The notes below the pieces were generated by a model that had not been told where the DNA came from, searched no databases, and saw only the letters and a list, made by a program, of their open reading frames with translations. Below, in pieces: positions 18,307-27,418 of a DNA stretch of 32,000 bases (its first letter is position 1; each line of letters opens with the position of its first letter). The stretch spans positions 3,960,001-3,992,000 of the forward strand of contig CP001848.1 in assembly GCA_000025185.1 (NCBI GenBank), in the 5' to 3' direction. The DNA is from Pirellula staleyi DSM 6068 (GTDB taxonomy: Bacteria > Planctomycetota > Planctomycetia > Pirellulales > Pirellulaceae). The position numbers and the translations under genes are program-made.

Positions 18307-19754
18307 CGCGACTTCTCCAGCTGTGGCTCGTTCATTAGTGGCTCGGCAGGTGTCGTTTCCGCACTTGTCACGCTGGCATGATCGACCATATTTTCTTTTT
18401 CGTCGCTGCCGAAAAACGTCGTCCAGCGGCGCTCGAGTCGATCACAAAACCGAAGCGTATCGAGGAACGGGTTCACAAACAGCGTGATGAGCCAACTGTC
18501 GAGATAGCCCTTCTCGATCGCGAGTCGATACATCCACACGCGTGCTGAAACGGGTAGCCACCAGATGCTGGCCGGGGATTGGCGAGCGAGTCGACTTCCC
18601 AGCGCGTTTTCGAGCGTGCCGTAGTCGTAAAGCAGTGATGGCGCACGGATGAATTGCAAGGTGCGAAAGCAGGCGTGACCAAGGATGTGGACGAGAGCGA
18701 CATAACGCAGGGGCTGCCAAAAATAGCCCAGGCCAATGGTGGCAACGATCAGTCCGACTTGGGTGAGGGAGGCAAATGATAGTGCCGATTTGATGTCGGT
18801 TTGTACGCGGCCTGCAAACGAAGCAAAGGCAGCGGTGATGAGTCCAATCGCCAGCACCGCGAGTGAGAGTGTCAGCGAGGCATCGAGCAGTGGGCTGATG
18901 CGTAGTAGTAGAAATGCGCCGAGGTGGACCGACAGCGCGCCGTAGAACACAGCGCTCGATGGTGTCGGCCCTTCCATCGCACGTGGTAGCCACCCCGAGA
19001 AGGGAACGAGCGCGCTTTTTCCAGCAGCTGCAATCAGCAGCATCGCGCCGACGATCAGCAGACTTTGCGTCGGTAGATCGACATGACCTGCGGGCCACGA
19101 AACAGCACCGGTAGCACCCAGCAGATCTTGAAAGTCGCCATGCCCATGCAGGTGATGCATGAGGACCGAAGCAATGAGGAGTGCTGCATCGGAGATGCGA
19201 TAGACGCACCACACGCGCAAGCCATTCCGCACAGGCGCGGCACGTTCGTGAAAGAATCCCACGAGCAAAGCGGATGAGATACCGACAAGTTCCCACCCGG
19301 TAAAGAGTGTTTCAATCGTGCCGGCCAGTGATGCCACGATCATGCCGAGCATGAAGAGCGAGTAGAGGAAGAAGAATCGGTTGTAGCCTGGTTCGCGATG
19401 CATGTAGCGCGAAGCAAAACCACCAATCACACCGCAGAGCACAAATGTAAGAATCGCAAACGGCACCGACAGACGATCGAAGACGAATTTTACATCGAAG
19501 TGGAACTCCGAGACTTCGACCCACTGACCGACGTAGACTTCAACGTTGCGTGGTCCCCAACTGAGCATCAGGATCAGAACGCCGAGTGATGCTACGAGTC
19601 CGACAACGGTGCAGATTTGGCAGAGGAGGTTCGTAGCGCGTTCGGAAAGAGGTGAACTGGCGAGGGTCATCACGCCCATGACCACCACCATCAGCAGCGG
19701 TGCGGCGACCACGATCATGCCCAGCGCGGTGAAGATGTTTTCGTCAGTAAACAT
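18303..19754 (-). CDS. dabB: NuoL/ND5-like proton-conducting membrane subunit, probable DabB
   Basis: 483 aa. Motifs: TGWELVGISSALLVGF, AAAGKSALVPFSGWLPRAMEGPTPSSAV, TDIKSALSFASLTQVG, HILGHACFRTLQF. No long C-terminal amphipathic helix. Starts 23 nt after the dabA stop. Confidence 0.8.
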   Translation of the reverse strand: MFTDENIFTALGMIVVAAPLLMVVVMGVMTLASSPLSERATNLLCQICTVVGLVASLGVLILMLSWGPRNVEVYVGQWVEVSEFHFDVKFVFDRLSVPFAILTFVLCGVIGGFASRYMHREPGYNRFFFLYSLFMLGMIVASLAGTIETLFTGWELVGISSALLVGFFHERAAPVRNGLRVWCVYRISDAALLIASVLMHHLHGHGDFQDLLGATGAVSWPAGHVDLPTQSLLIVGAMLLIAAAGKSALVPFSGWLPRAMEGPTPSSAVFYGALSVHLGAFLLLRISPLLDASLTLSLAVLAIGLITAAFASFAGRVQTDIKSALSFASLTQVGLIVATIGLGYFWQPLRYVALVHILGHACFRTLQFIRAPSLLYDYGTLENALGSRLARQSPASIWWLPVSARVWMYRLAIEKGYLDSWLITLFVNPFLDTLRFCDRLERRWTTFFGSDEKENMVDHASVTSAETTPAEPLMNEPQLEKSR

Positions 19755-19777
19755 GGGTGTGGTTCTAGTTGTCGAAG

Positions 19778-22700
19778 CTACTGTGCAGGGGACGATTGAA
19801 CGGAAGCAAATCCCAGATGCTCGCGCCAGCCGCGATACCAGTCGACCGAGGAGGTCGCGTGAGGGAGGTCCGTTTTCTCAGGGATATAGGGCTCGAATCG
19901 TCCGTTGTGGAACAGTTGCACGTCGCTGCTGTGGGGATCGAGGATGGCAAGTTGGGCCCAGCCATTTTTGAGGATGCGGCCGACAACCGGGTCGCGATCC
20001 ATGATGGCGAGGATCCGCTCGGGAGTCGTCTCAATCACAAACAGCAGTCGCATCGGCTCGTGAATCTCAACACCTTGCACCGGAAGTCCTGTTCGCAAGT
20101 CGCTGGCATAACCATCCATCACTCCAAGCAGCGATGTAACGTTGTGAGGGAGTTTGGTGCCACTTCCCCAGCCGACCGGATCGACAGCCGAGAAGTAGTA
20201 CATCAGGTTGATGCCTTGGCATACCGGCACAACTGGCGCGAGGATGCGACCAAGAATCGAACTGCTGGCATCGTCGGAGTTGGGATCGTAGGAGTGCATG
20301 AAGCAGCGGCGATCCATGTACAAATTGCGAACGCGGCTGCGTCGACCTACAAAACACATGGCGTTCGAGGCATTCCCAAACTCAGGACGCGTTTGAGCAA
20401 GGTCTTCGCTTCGTTCCTCGGCATGAGTGCGAGCCTGACTCGGCGTCATGTCGAGGGGAGCGGAGTAGAAACGGCGACAACGCTCGTGAGCATTGCGGCC
20501 GCATGCTTCCTCGAGCGTCTTGGTCATCGATTCCAGATCACGACGGTGGCTGGCGGGGAGCAAATCGAGATTCGAAAACGTCACGGAGTCGAGCGCGGTG
20601 TTGTGAAGTCCCCCGAGAAACCAAGTCTCTTTCGGGATCGTTAAACCGCGGCTGGCGATGATTTCGCGGACGCGTGGATCGTTGAGAAATGTCGCCAGAG
20701 CGCGAGCGTTGGGACCACCAGCGCCACCGCTGCATGCTCCGCAGTCGTAGGCCGATTTGTGCGGATTGTTGAGGCAAAACGAGCCATGTCCCATGAACAC
20801 AACGAGCCGCGCGAAGTTTTCGGTCAGGCCGATATCGCGAAGCATCTTCTCGCCCATGTTGGCCATCTCGGCAACCGAAAAACCGATTGAATCGTCGTCG
20901 ATTCCTGGTTGTTCGGTTTGACGCTCGAGACGCAAACGGGTGATCGTGGGAGGAGCGACGAAGCTGTTGGCAGTCTTCGTAAAGTGAGCTGTCCAGCGTG
21001 GAAAGAGTACACGTGCGACGAGAGGAATCGACGCCAAAACTCCGAGGCTGGCTGTCAGGAGTGCGCCACTAGCGAGGTTGCGACTTCCACGATGCATGCC
21101 GAGCGAAGCGACACCAAGTGCGCGTCGCGTTTTGGCCGAGCGAGCACTTGTTTGCTGAAAGGGAATGACCGGTTCTTCGATCACCCAATGCTTGGGACGG
21201 ACAACGATGGGACAGAGCGCCGCGAAATTCGCATCCGAGAGACCGCGATAGTAGATGGCTACACCAAAGAAGCCTGGCGCGCCAAACGTTTCGACATCGG
21301 GTGCCACCTCTTCGAGATGGCGACGAAATGATTCTTCGCGAGCATCGATGCAGCAGACGACTTGAAAGCGAGGCTTGTCGACGCGACGCACAGGTTGTGC
21401 CGAGTGAGTCACCACAGCATCGAGGGCCTGAATGCGATACTGGCGTTCGAAAGCCAAATGCAAAATGCGACGTCGTTCGAAACTGTGGAACGATTCGATT
21501 TCGTCGAGCAGCTTTTGCCACTGCTGCTGGCTCAGGCTGCAGAGTTCCTGCGTGTTCCAGCCGAGCACCTGCGCGAGCTGAAAGGGATAGAATGCTCGTT
21601 CTTCGATACTAACGCTGGATTGCTTTAGCGCTTCGGAAAGTTTGGCGGCATACAGATCGGGTAATGATCCGTGATAGCGGAGCTTCTCTTTCGCCAGGTG
21701 CGCGAGGGCCAAACGCTCGAGAATCAAGCGAATCGCGACGAATTCGATCAGCGTGCCCGCTGGGGAGGGGATCGCCACACGATCGCCACGCACTTCCATG
21801 TTCCACAATAAACCGGCCCATCCCTGCAGCGCCAAGATATCGGCGGTGAGGTAGTCCTTCTGATTTTGGGAAGAGACACCGAGCAGCTGCAGTGATTCGT
21901 GGATCGATTCCAGAGGGGACAGCTTACGCGACTGAATCCGCTGAAGCTCAGCCGCTAGACCAGCGAGCCAGCGATCGGGTGGGCCGCCACCTTGACCATA
22001 AACATGACAGAAGGAACGGAAGAATCCCGCATCGCGATCGGGGAGCGACCATTCGGCAAAACCTTGATCGGCAAATGCAGCGCAGAAACGAATGAGGACT
22101 TCGTGCACCAAGATATCGCTATCTTCGCCGGTCGCTGCGACGAGAATATCACGATGCCGCAGCGGTGGTCCTTCGATCGGTGCTGGTGGGCGCAGACCTT
22201 GGACTCCCGATTCACATACACGCCACAAGGCCTGCAGTGCAATGGACTCCCAAGCTTCGCTCGACAGCCGCTCCATCGTGTGACTGCCATACTTGCTGAG
22301 CAGATCGGCGAGGAGTTGTTGCGTCCGCTGGTCCGACGAATCAGGTGCGTAGTTCTCATGCGGAATCGCTTGCCGCCCATCCCGCATGATCCAGTGCTTG
22401 CTCTCACGCAAGAATCGCTCGCGAACATTGGCGGGCGTTTCGCTCCGCATCTTCTTTAGCGAATCGGTCTCGTCCATGTACCAGCGAAGTTCTTCAGCGG
22501 TACCACTTCGGAGTGGGTATCGCAGCATCGCTAGCCGCAGTTCATAGCGCGTTGTCGTTCCAAAAATCGTCTCGCTCGCACGACCGTTCAGGTCGTCAAT
22601 CAGCACTTGCTGCAGATCAATCGTGCGGATTCGACCCTGGGTAATTCGTTCGCGATAACGTTCTTCCGGCAAGTAAGGCTGACAGCGAAACAGCCGAGCA

Positions 22701-22894
22701 CCCTCTTTAAGTCCTTCCTCAAACGGCAGATCTTCTAATGCTTGTAAGGCATTCAAAAACACAAAAGCAGAAATCGGACCTTGAGGAGGTAGGAGGTCTC
22801 CAATGGCGATGATTTGTCGCCGCAGTTCTTCCAGCTCAGGAGGAAGCGACCCCGCGTCGGCGACGTGCTTGTCTGCTGTTGCCGTGGATGACAT
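19778..22894 (-). CDS. dabA: DabA / DUF2309-family protein (beta-carbonic-anhydrase-like subunit of a DAB inorganic-carbon pump)
   Basis: 1038 aa. Motifs: PPQGPISAFVFLNAL, FQVVCCIDAREESFRRHLE, VFMGHGSFCLNNPHKSAYDCGACSGGAGGPNAR. Putative Zn ligands are Cys515 (21350-21352), Asp517 (21344-21346), His703 (20786-20788) and Cys718 (20741-20743). Confidence 0.85.
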   Translation of the reverse strand: MSSTATADKHVADAGSLPPELEELRRQIIAIGDLLPPQGPISAFVFLNALQALEDLPFEEGLKEGARLFRCQPYLPEERYRERITQGRIRTIDLQQVLIDDLNGRASETIFGTTTRYELRLAMLRYPLRSGTAEELRWYMDETDSLKKMRSETPANVRERFLRESKHWIMRDGRQAIPHENYAPDSSDQRTQQLLADLLSKYGSHTMERLSSEAWESIALQALWRVCESGVQGLRPPAPIEGPPLRHRDILVAATGEDSDILVHEVLIRFCAAFADQGFAEWSLPDRDAGFFRSFCHVYGQGGGPPDRWLAGLAAELQRIQSRKLSPLESIHESLQLLGVSSQNQKDYLTADILALQGWAGLLWNMEVRGDRVAIPSPAGTLIEFVAIRLILERLALAHLAKEKLRYHGSLPDLYAAKLSEALKQSSVSIEERAFYPFQLAQVLGWNTQELCSLSQQQWQKLLDEIESFHSFERRRILHLAFERQYRIQALDAVVTHSAQPVRRVDKPRFQVVCCIDAREESFRRHLEEVAPDVETFGAPGFFGVAIYYRGLSDANFAALCPIVVRPKHWVIEEPVIPFQQTSARSAKTRRALGVASLGMHRGSRNLASGALLTASLGVLASIPLVARVLFPRWTAHFTKTANSFVAPPTITRLRLERQTEQPGIDDDSIGFSVAEMANMGEKMLRDIGLTENFARLVVFMGHGSFCLNNPHKSAYDCGACSGGAGGPNARALATFLNDPRVREIIASRGLTIPKETWFLGGLHNTALDSVTFSNLDLLPASHRRDLESMTKTLEEACGRNAHERCRRFYSAPLDMTPSQARTHAEERSEDLAQTRPEFGNASNAMCFVGRRSRVRNLYMDRRCFMHSYDPNSDDASSSILGRILAPVVPVCQGINLMYYFSAVDPVGWGSGTKLPHNVTSLLGVMDGYASDLRTGLPVQGVEIHEPMRLLFVIETTPERILAIMDRDPVVGRILKNGWAQLAILDPHSSDVQLFHNGRFEPYIPEKTDLPHATSSVDWYRGWREHLGFASVQSSPAQ

Positions 22895-23260
22895 AGGGCG
22901 AAACCGTTCGAATCACATGGTTGCTTAAGGGCGTTTATTCCTTGTACATCCTATTCGGAGCAAAACCTAGGAGCGTTTACATTACATTACGTTCAGATTG
23001 CCTTAACTGACTGCTAGATAAGTGGTTATGGCGATAATGCTGAGTGCCATTCGGGTGGTTTTCCAAGCAAGCAAAGCTGCGACGAAGGGTGTGACCGATG
23101 TGTGCGGCGGTGGTCGCCGGTGCACACTCCTTTGGGCGGTGTCTCTCACCCTCCGCTTGCGCGGGATGTGTTTTACCCCATCTGAATCAGTATGAACATG
23201 TACAAATAAACAGTTTTAGGGAAATTGGTTATAAGGGTGCGGAAAGCGACCCTGCGCAGC

Positions 23261-23298
23261 AAAAACCCCCGCTCAAGACTTGCTCGATAACGGGGGTT
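23261..23298 (-). terminator. Probable intrinsic terminator of metE
   Basis: Minus-strand RNA has stem AACCCCCG (loop about 19 nt with a small internal stem) CGGGGGUU followed directly by UUUG (CGGGGGUUUUUG). It lies 76 nt downstream of the metE stop. Confidence 0.45.
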
Positions 23299-23373
23299 CT
23301 CGAGACCGCTGATACGCGGTCTTACTTGCAAGGATTATTCAAAAGTTGCGCTAAAGTAGCGCGCAGCGCGAGT

Positions 23374-25641
23374 TCACGCGCGCAGGGCGCGCATCTGACG
23401 GGCAACCTCCACCATGTTCCGGAGCGAAGCCATCGTCTCGGGCCAGCCACGCGTTTTCAGACCACAGTCGGGATTCACCCACAACCGCTCCGCTGGGATC
23501 ACTTCGAGCGCCAGCGTCAGCAGCGACTCGATCTCCGCAGCACTCGGCACCCGTGGACTATGAATGTCGTAGACCCCAGGACCAATGTCGCTCGGATACT
23601 TGAACCTTTCGAATGCCTCGAGCAGTTCCATGCGGCTGCGACTCGCCTCGACACTGATGACGTCGGCATCCATCTGCGCGATCCAAGGGACGATGTCGTT
23701 GAACTCGCTGTAGCACATGTGCGTGTGCAGCTGCGTTTCGTCGGCAATGCCGCTGGTGCTCAATCGAAAGCATTCCACAGCCCACGCAAGGTAGTCGTCC
23801 CACTCCGCTTTGCGCAGCGGTAAGCCTTCGCGCAAAGCGGCTTCATCGACCTGAATGATGCCGATCCCTGCGTGCTCCAAGTCACTCACTTCATCACGAA
23901 TCGCGAGCGCAATTTGCTGACACGTATCTCGCCGCGGCTGATCGTCGCGCACAAAGCTCCAGCAAAGAATAGTGACAGGTCCTGTGAGCATTCCCTTCAT
24001 CGGTTTGCTCGTCAGCGACTGCGCATAACGAGTCCACCCGACGGTCATCGGCTCGCGTCGCGACACATCACCATAAATGACGGGTGGCTTCACACAACGA
24101 CTACCGTAACTCTGCACCCATCCTTGCTGCGTAAAACAAATCCCCTCGAGCTGCTGCCCAAAGTACTCGACCATATCATTCCGCTCCGCTTCCCCATGCA
24201 CGAGCACATCGAGCCCCAGTTCATGCTGACGATCAACCGACAGTCGAATCGATTCCTGCATTAGCGCCACATACTGCTCTCGCGTGATCTTGCGGGCGTT
24301 GAACTCGCTTCGGGCTTTGCGTATTTCGGTCGTTTGCGGAAACGATCCGATCGTCGTCGTCGGAAACAACGGGAGCTTCAGCCGCGCTTGCTGCTTCACT
24401 TTGCGTTCGGTGTAAGGGGTCGTGCGATGCGACATCGCAGCGGTGATCTTCTCGGTTCGCTGCCGAACGCTTGGATTGGTTACACGAACGCTCGAACGGC
24501 GCGAACTCCAAGCAACTCGGTTCTCTGCCAGGAAGACCGTGTCGATTTTCTGCTCCGCAGCATCGGCCAGGAACTTGACCTCCTGGCACTTCTGCCGAGC
24601 AAACGCGAGCCACGAGCGGATCTCTGGATCGAGTTGCGTTTCAAACGAAAGATCGATTGGCACATGCAGCAGCGAACAGGAGGGAGCGATCATCAGCCGA
24701 TCGCTTCCAAGCCATTGCCTGGCTGCTTGTACGGTGGCCATTGCAGCCGTGGCATCGACACGCCAGATGTTGCGACCATCGACGATTCCGAGCGACAGCG
24801 ATTGGTGCGGCCGCAGTCGCCGAGCTACCTCTTGCAGCTGACCGGGGGCACGTACGAGGTCGATGTGCAGCGCGCTGGTCTCCAGTGAGATCGCCAGCTC
24901 TAGATTGTCGCGCAGCGCTTCGAAGTAGGTGGCCAGAAGGATCTTGGTTTGACCTGCAGCGGCTCGCAGTCGCCGATAAGCGTGCTCATAAGCGTCGCGC
25001 TCAGTCTCTGAAAGATCGAGCACGAGCGCTGGTTCATCGAGCTGCAGCCACTGCACCTTGCCATCGAGTTTGCGCAAGAGCTTTTCATACTCCGCGACGA
25101 TCGCATCGAGGTGAGCAAAGCGATCAAAGCCCGGCTCGACCGATTTTCCAAGCTTCAAATAAGTGACAGGTCCGAGCAGGACTGGCTTCGCGCGAAGGCC
25201 CAGTTTTTCTGCTTCCGCAAGCTCCTCGAGTAGCTTCTGCGGCTGCAGTGAAAACTGCTGACCACGCGAAAACTCGGGAACAAGATAGTGGTAGTTCGTA
25301 TCGAACCATTTGCTCATTTCCAGCGGCGCGATTGCAGCTTCGCCACGTGCCATGCGGAAATAAATGGCCAAAGTAGCGCTAGTAGATCCCACGGCAAAAC
25401 GTGGAGGAACTGCGCCGAGCATCACGCTCGTGTCGAGCACATGGTCGTAGAGCGAGAAGTCGTTCACTGCGACGAAATCGATACCAGCCTGCTGCTGAAG
25501 CCGCCAATGACGCTCGCGAAGTTCGCGGGCTGTAGCCTGCAAATCAGCTTCGGCTATCTCTCCTTTCCAGTACGCCTCGAGGCTCTTTTTGAGCTCGCGC
25601 TGCTGTCCGATCCGAGGAAACCCAAGAGTGTGGGTGAACAT
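23374..25641 (-). CDS. metE: Cobalamin-independent methionine synthase MetE
   Basis: N-terminus [18 protein letters not shown]. Zn-site motifs [10 protein letters not shown] and [12 protein letters not shown]. Full two-domain length. The ORF track starts at ATG 25665. The ATG at 25641 matches the conserved N-terminus and has GGAAAGG 7-13 nt upstream. Confidence 0.95.
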   Translation of the reverse strand: MFTHTLGFPRIGQQRELKKSLEAYWKGEIAEADLQATARELRERHWRLQQQAGIDFVAVNDFSLYDHVLDTSVMLGAVPPRFAVGSTSATLAIYFRMARGEAAIAPLEMSKWFDTNYHYLVPEFSRGQQFSLQPQKLLEELAEAEKLGLRAKPVLLGPVTYLKLGKSVEPGFDRFAHLDAIVAEYEKLLRKLDGKVQWLQLDEPALVLDLSETERDAYEHAYRRLRAAAGQTKILLATYFEALRDNLELAISLETSALHIDLVRAPGQLQEVARRLRPHQSLSLGIVDGRNIWRVDATAAMATVQAARQWLGSDRLMIAPSCSLLHVPIDLSFETQLDPEIRSWLAFARQKCQEVKFLADAAEQKIDTVFLAENRVAWSSRRSSVRVTNPSVRQRTEKITAAMSHRTTPYTERKVKQQARLKLPLFPTTTIGSFPQTTEIRKARSEFNARKITREQYVALMQESIRLSVDRQHELGLDVLVHGEAERNDMVEYFGQQLEGICFTQQGWVQSYGSRCVKPPVIYGDVSRREPMTVGWTRYAQSLTSKPMKGMLTGPVTILCWSFVRDDQPRRDTCQQIALAIRDEVSDLEHAGIGIIQVDEAALREGLPLRKAEWDDYLAWAVECFRLSTSGIADETQLHTHMCYSEFNDIVPWIAQMDADVISVEASRSRMELLEAFERFKYPSDIGPGVYDIHSPRVPSAAEIESLLTLALEVIPAERLWVNPDCGLKTRGWPETMASLRNMVEVARQMRALRA

Positions 25642-25795
25642 AGAAACTGCCTTTCCGTTTCCCATTCGCGGGGAACGCTAGAACGTGATGCCAACGCGCA
25701 CAACGTTCTTCGAAAGGCAGCCAAAACGCGGAGAAAACAGAGCTTCCCGACGCAATGCCGATCGAAGCCTGTGACGCGAGGCTGAAGGGAACTAT
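25642..25795 (-). promoter_or_regulatory. Riboswitch expression platform with a putative RBS-sequestering helix
   Basis: On the RNA, CUGCCUUUC (25720->25712) is perfectly complementary to GAAAGGCAG (25655->25647), which covers the SD-like GGAAAGG just upstream of ATG 25641. The intervening loop holds a 7-bp stem AGAACGU/ACGUUCU. Confidence 0.5.
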
Positions 25796-25942
25796 GCGAT
25801 GGGGCGTCTCCTGGCTGATGGGCTTCTCGCGAGAATTTCACCTTCCCAAGCTGCTATAGAGCTCAGTGGCAAAATGCGATTCGCATCCCAATTACAGTAG
25901 CGCGTCTGCGCCGGATTCTCACCGGCTTCCGTTTCCCATCGC
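25796..25942 (-). promoter_or_regulatory. Cobalamin (B12) riboswitch aptamer upstream of metE
   Basis: Minus-strand read: GCGAUGGGAAACGGAAGCCGGUGAGAAUCCGGCGCAGACGCGCUACUGUAA...GCCACUG...GGGAAGG...AGCCAGGAGACGCCCCAUCGC. This contains GGUGAGAAUCC, GCCACUG and a B12-box-like AGCCAGGAGACGCC. P1 helix is GCGAUGGG (25942-25935) / CCCAUCGC (25803-25796). Confidence 0.8.
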
Positions 25943-25951
25943 TAACAAGCC

Positions 25952-25970
25952 GCACCTTACTGGAAGGTGC
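25952..25970 (-). terminator. Hairpin immediately after the PQQ-like gene stop
   Basis: 7-bp stem GCACCUU / AAGGUGC with a 5-nt loop, followed by GGCUUGUU. It fills almost the whole 36-nt gap between the stop codon (25979-25981) and riboswitch P1. Confidence 0.35.
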
Positions 25971-25978
25971 TTGCTCGG

Positions 25979-27400
25979 TCAACGCCCAGCATCGACGCTC
26001 GTTTCACTGGCGGGACTACTCACACGCACCAGCCCTCGACCGGTGCGCACAATCCAGGCGTTGTCGACAGCAGCGACTCCATACACCACATCGGTGGTCG
26101 AGATCGAGCTTTCACCGAGCGTTTCTTTTTCGCGTCCCGTTTTGTAGACCGCGACCGAGCCTTCCTTGCAGAAAAAGAAGATCCGGCCTTCATTGCAGAC
26201 AGGAGAGGTCCAGCAAGCGGCTGGCAAGCGTTCGCTCCACAGAACTTCGCCCGATTCGGCATCGACACACTGAGCCACACCGACGCGATTCACGAAATAG
26301 ACAAGGCCATCGACCACTAGCGGCGACGAATAACCGGCGCTCACACGATTGGATCGCCAAGTTACATGCGACTCAGAAACGTTGCCGGTTCCACCAAGCT
26401 CGATTGCGAGACTACCCGCCTGCGTTGGTGGAGCCGAGGGCTTTTCAGCTTCGGTCGCTCCCTTCGAGGCTTCTCCTGCTGCAGGTGCTGCGCTGGCACT
26501 GCGACGTCCACCTCCACCTGGTTCCGACGACGCGCCGATGATCACTCGATCGCCCGCTATCGTGGGGCTTGGTGTGCTGTTTCCTTGCACGTTGTCGACG
26601 GTCCAAATCAGCTCGCCACTCGAGGCATCGACAGCACGCACGCTACCAGCCGTCGAGACGATAATCAGGCTCTGCCCCTGATGCTGGACTGCCACCGGAG
26701 TGCTCCACCCGGTTTGCGAGGGATGCTCGACTTTCCAGCGGTTTTCGCCTGTTTTCTTGTCGAGAGCCAGAAGATACGACGGTCCGGAATGGGCCACTTG
26801 AAGCACGATGCTGTCGCCGACGATGATCGGTGAACTCGCAAATCCGTGAGGTCCTTTGATCTCGCCGTAGTCTTTCACAAACGAGCGTTGCCACTGCAGA
26901 TCGCCTTGATGCGAGAGGGCAAAGATGTCGCCACTTTCGAAAACGAAATAAACTCGCTCGGCATCAACTACAGGGGTCGGTGCGCCGCGGCTGACAGCGT
27001 CACTATCTTTCACCTGCTGAGTGCCGGGCAATTCTTTCTGCCAAAGGGTGCTTCCGTCCGCGAGCGATATCGCGATTAGATGTAGTTTCTCTTTGTTCTC
27101 GCCCGAAACAGCGCTCACGAAAATTTGCTGCTTCCAGATCACGGGAGACGACTGACCATAGCCTGGAAGGCGAATCGACCAGTTGCCAGCCGCGCGGCCG
27201 CGCATTTCCCACGTTGCGGGTAAGTTGGTCGCCCTGGTATGGCTCGTGCCATCGCCACGGAACCCGGGCCAGGTATCGACCGCCGATACCGCTGGCGCGT
27301 CAGCTACGAGCATCACGCCCAGCATCAGCCAAGCGCAGAGCGCGTTCGGGTTTACGCGCAGAGCGCGTGCGCATCGTGGAAACAGAAAACGTACGTTCAT
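25979..27400 (-). CDS. Exported PQQ-like (BamB-type) beta-propeller repeat protein
   Basis: Signal peptide (..LCAWLMLGVMLVADAPAVSA). Then DTWPGFRGDGTSHT..NLPATW......NWSIRLPGYGQSSPVIW and repeated propeller blades. A low-complexity G/A/S/P/E insert (EPGGGGRRSASAAPAAGEASKGATEAEKPSAPPTQ). ATG at 27400 is preferred over GTG at 27403. Confidence 0.8.
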   Translation of the reverse strand: MNVRFLFPRCARALRVNPNALCAWLMLGVMLVADAPAVSAVDTWPGFRGDGTSHTRATNLPATWEMRGRAAGNWSIRLPGYGQSSPVIWKQQIFVSAVSGENKEKLHLIAISLADGSTLWQKELPGTQQVKDSDAVSRGAPTPVVDAERVYFVFESGDIFALSHQGDLQWQRSFVKDYGEIKGPHGFASSPIIVGDSIVLQVAHSGPSYLLALDKKTGENRWKVEHPSQTGWSTPVAVQHQGQSLIIVSTAGSVRAVDASSGELIWTVDNVQGNSTPSPTIAGDRVIIGASSEPGGGGRRSASAAPAAGEASKGATEAEKPSAPPTQAGSLAIELGGTGNVSESHVTWRSNRVSAGYSSPLVVDGLVYFVNRVGVAQCVDAESGEVLWSERLPAACWTSPVCNEGRIFFFCKEGSVAVYKTGREKETLGESSISTTDVVYGVAAVDNAWIVRTGRGLVRVSSPASETSVDAGR

Positions 27401-27418
27401 CACGAGAAGAACCTGTCG

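Noticed and set aside
19769-20644. 291-aa plus-strand ORF inside dabA. Alternative-frame ORFs lie inside the NuoL/M-like genes, for example 18442-19296 and 17305-17901.
   Set aside because: These are Arg- and His-rich nonsense-like translations. The annotated frames carry the DUF2309 and NuoL/M family motifs.
22906-22914. A tRNA T-loop-like GTTCGAATC just upstream of dabA.
   Set aside because: The flanking bases cannot form a T-stem (AACCG versus CACAT), and no acceptor or anticodon arms are evident. It is most likely just 5' UTR sequence.
22928-22940. The exact 13-mer AGGGCGTTTATTC is shared between the dabA upstream region (22928-22940) and the stop region of the small membrane ORF (31796-31808).
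   Set aside because: A rough expectation for exact 13-mer matches within 32 kb, counting both orientations, is several by chance. There is no extended similarity around either copy.
23044-23049. TGGCAC (minus strand) in the dabA upstream region, considered as a sigma-54 -24 element.
   Set aside because: The required GC (TTGC) element at the -12 spacing is absent. The sequence reads TGGCACTCAGCATTATC.
23098-23823. 241-aa plus-strand ORF spanning the dab-metE intergenic region and the 3' end of metE.
   Set aside because: It overlaps the MetE C-terminal Zn-site coding region on the opposite strand and has no motifs. Its upstream half covers the predicted metE terminator.
25642-25665. Upstream in-frame ATG (25665) as the metE start.
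   Set aside because: The extra MGNGKAVS is not part of the conserved MetE N-terminus. This ATG lies inside the duplicated riboswitch-like 13-mer, and the SD-like GGAAAGG sits between it and ATG 25641.
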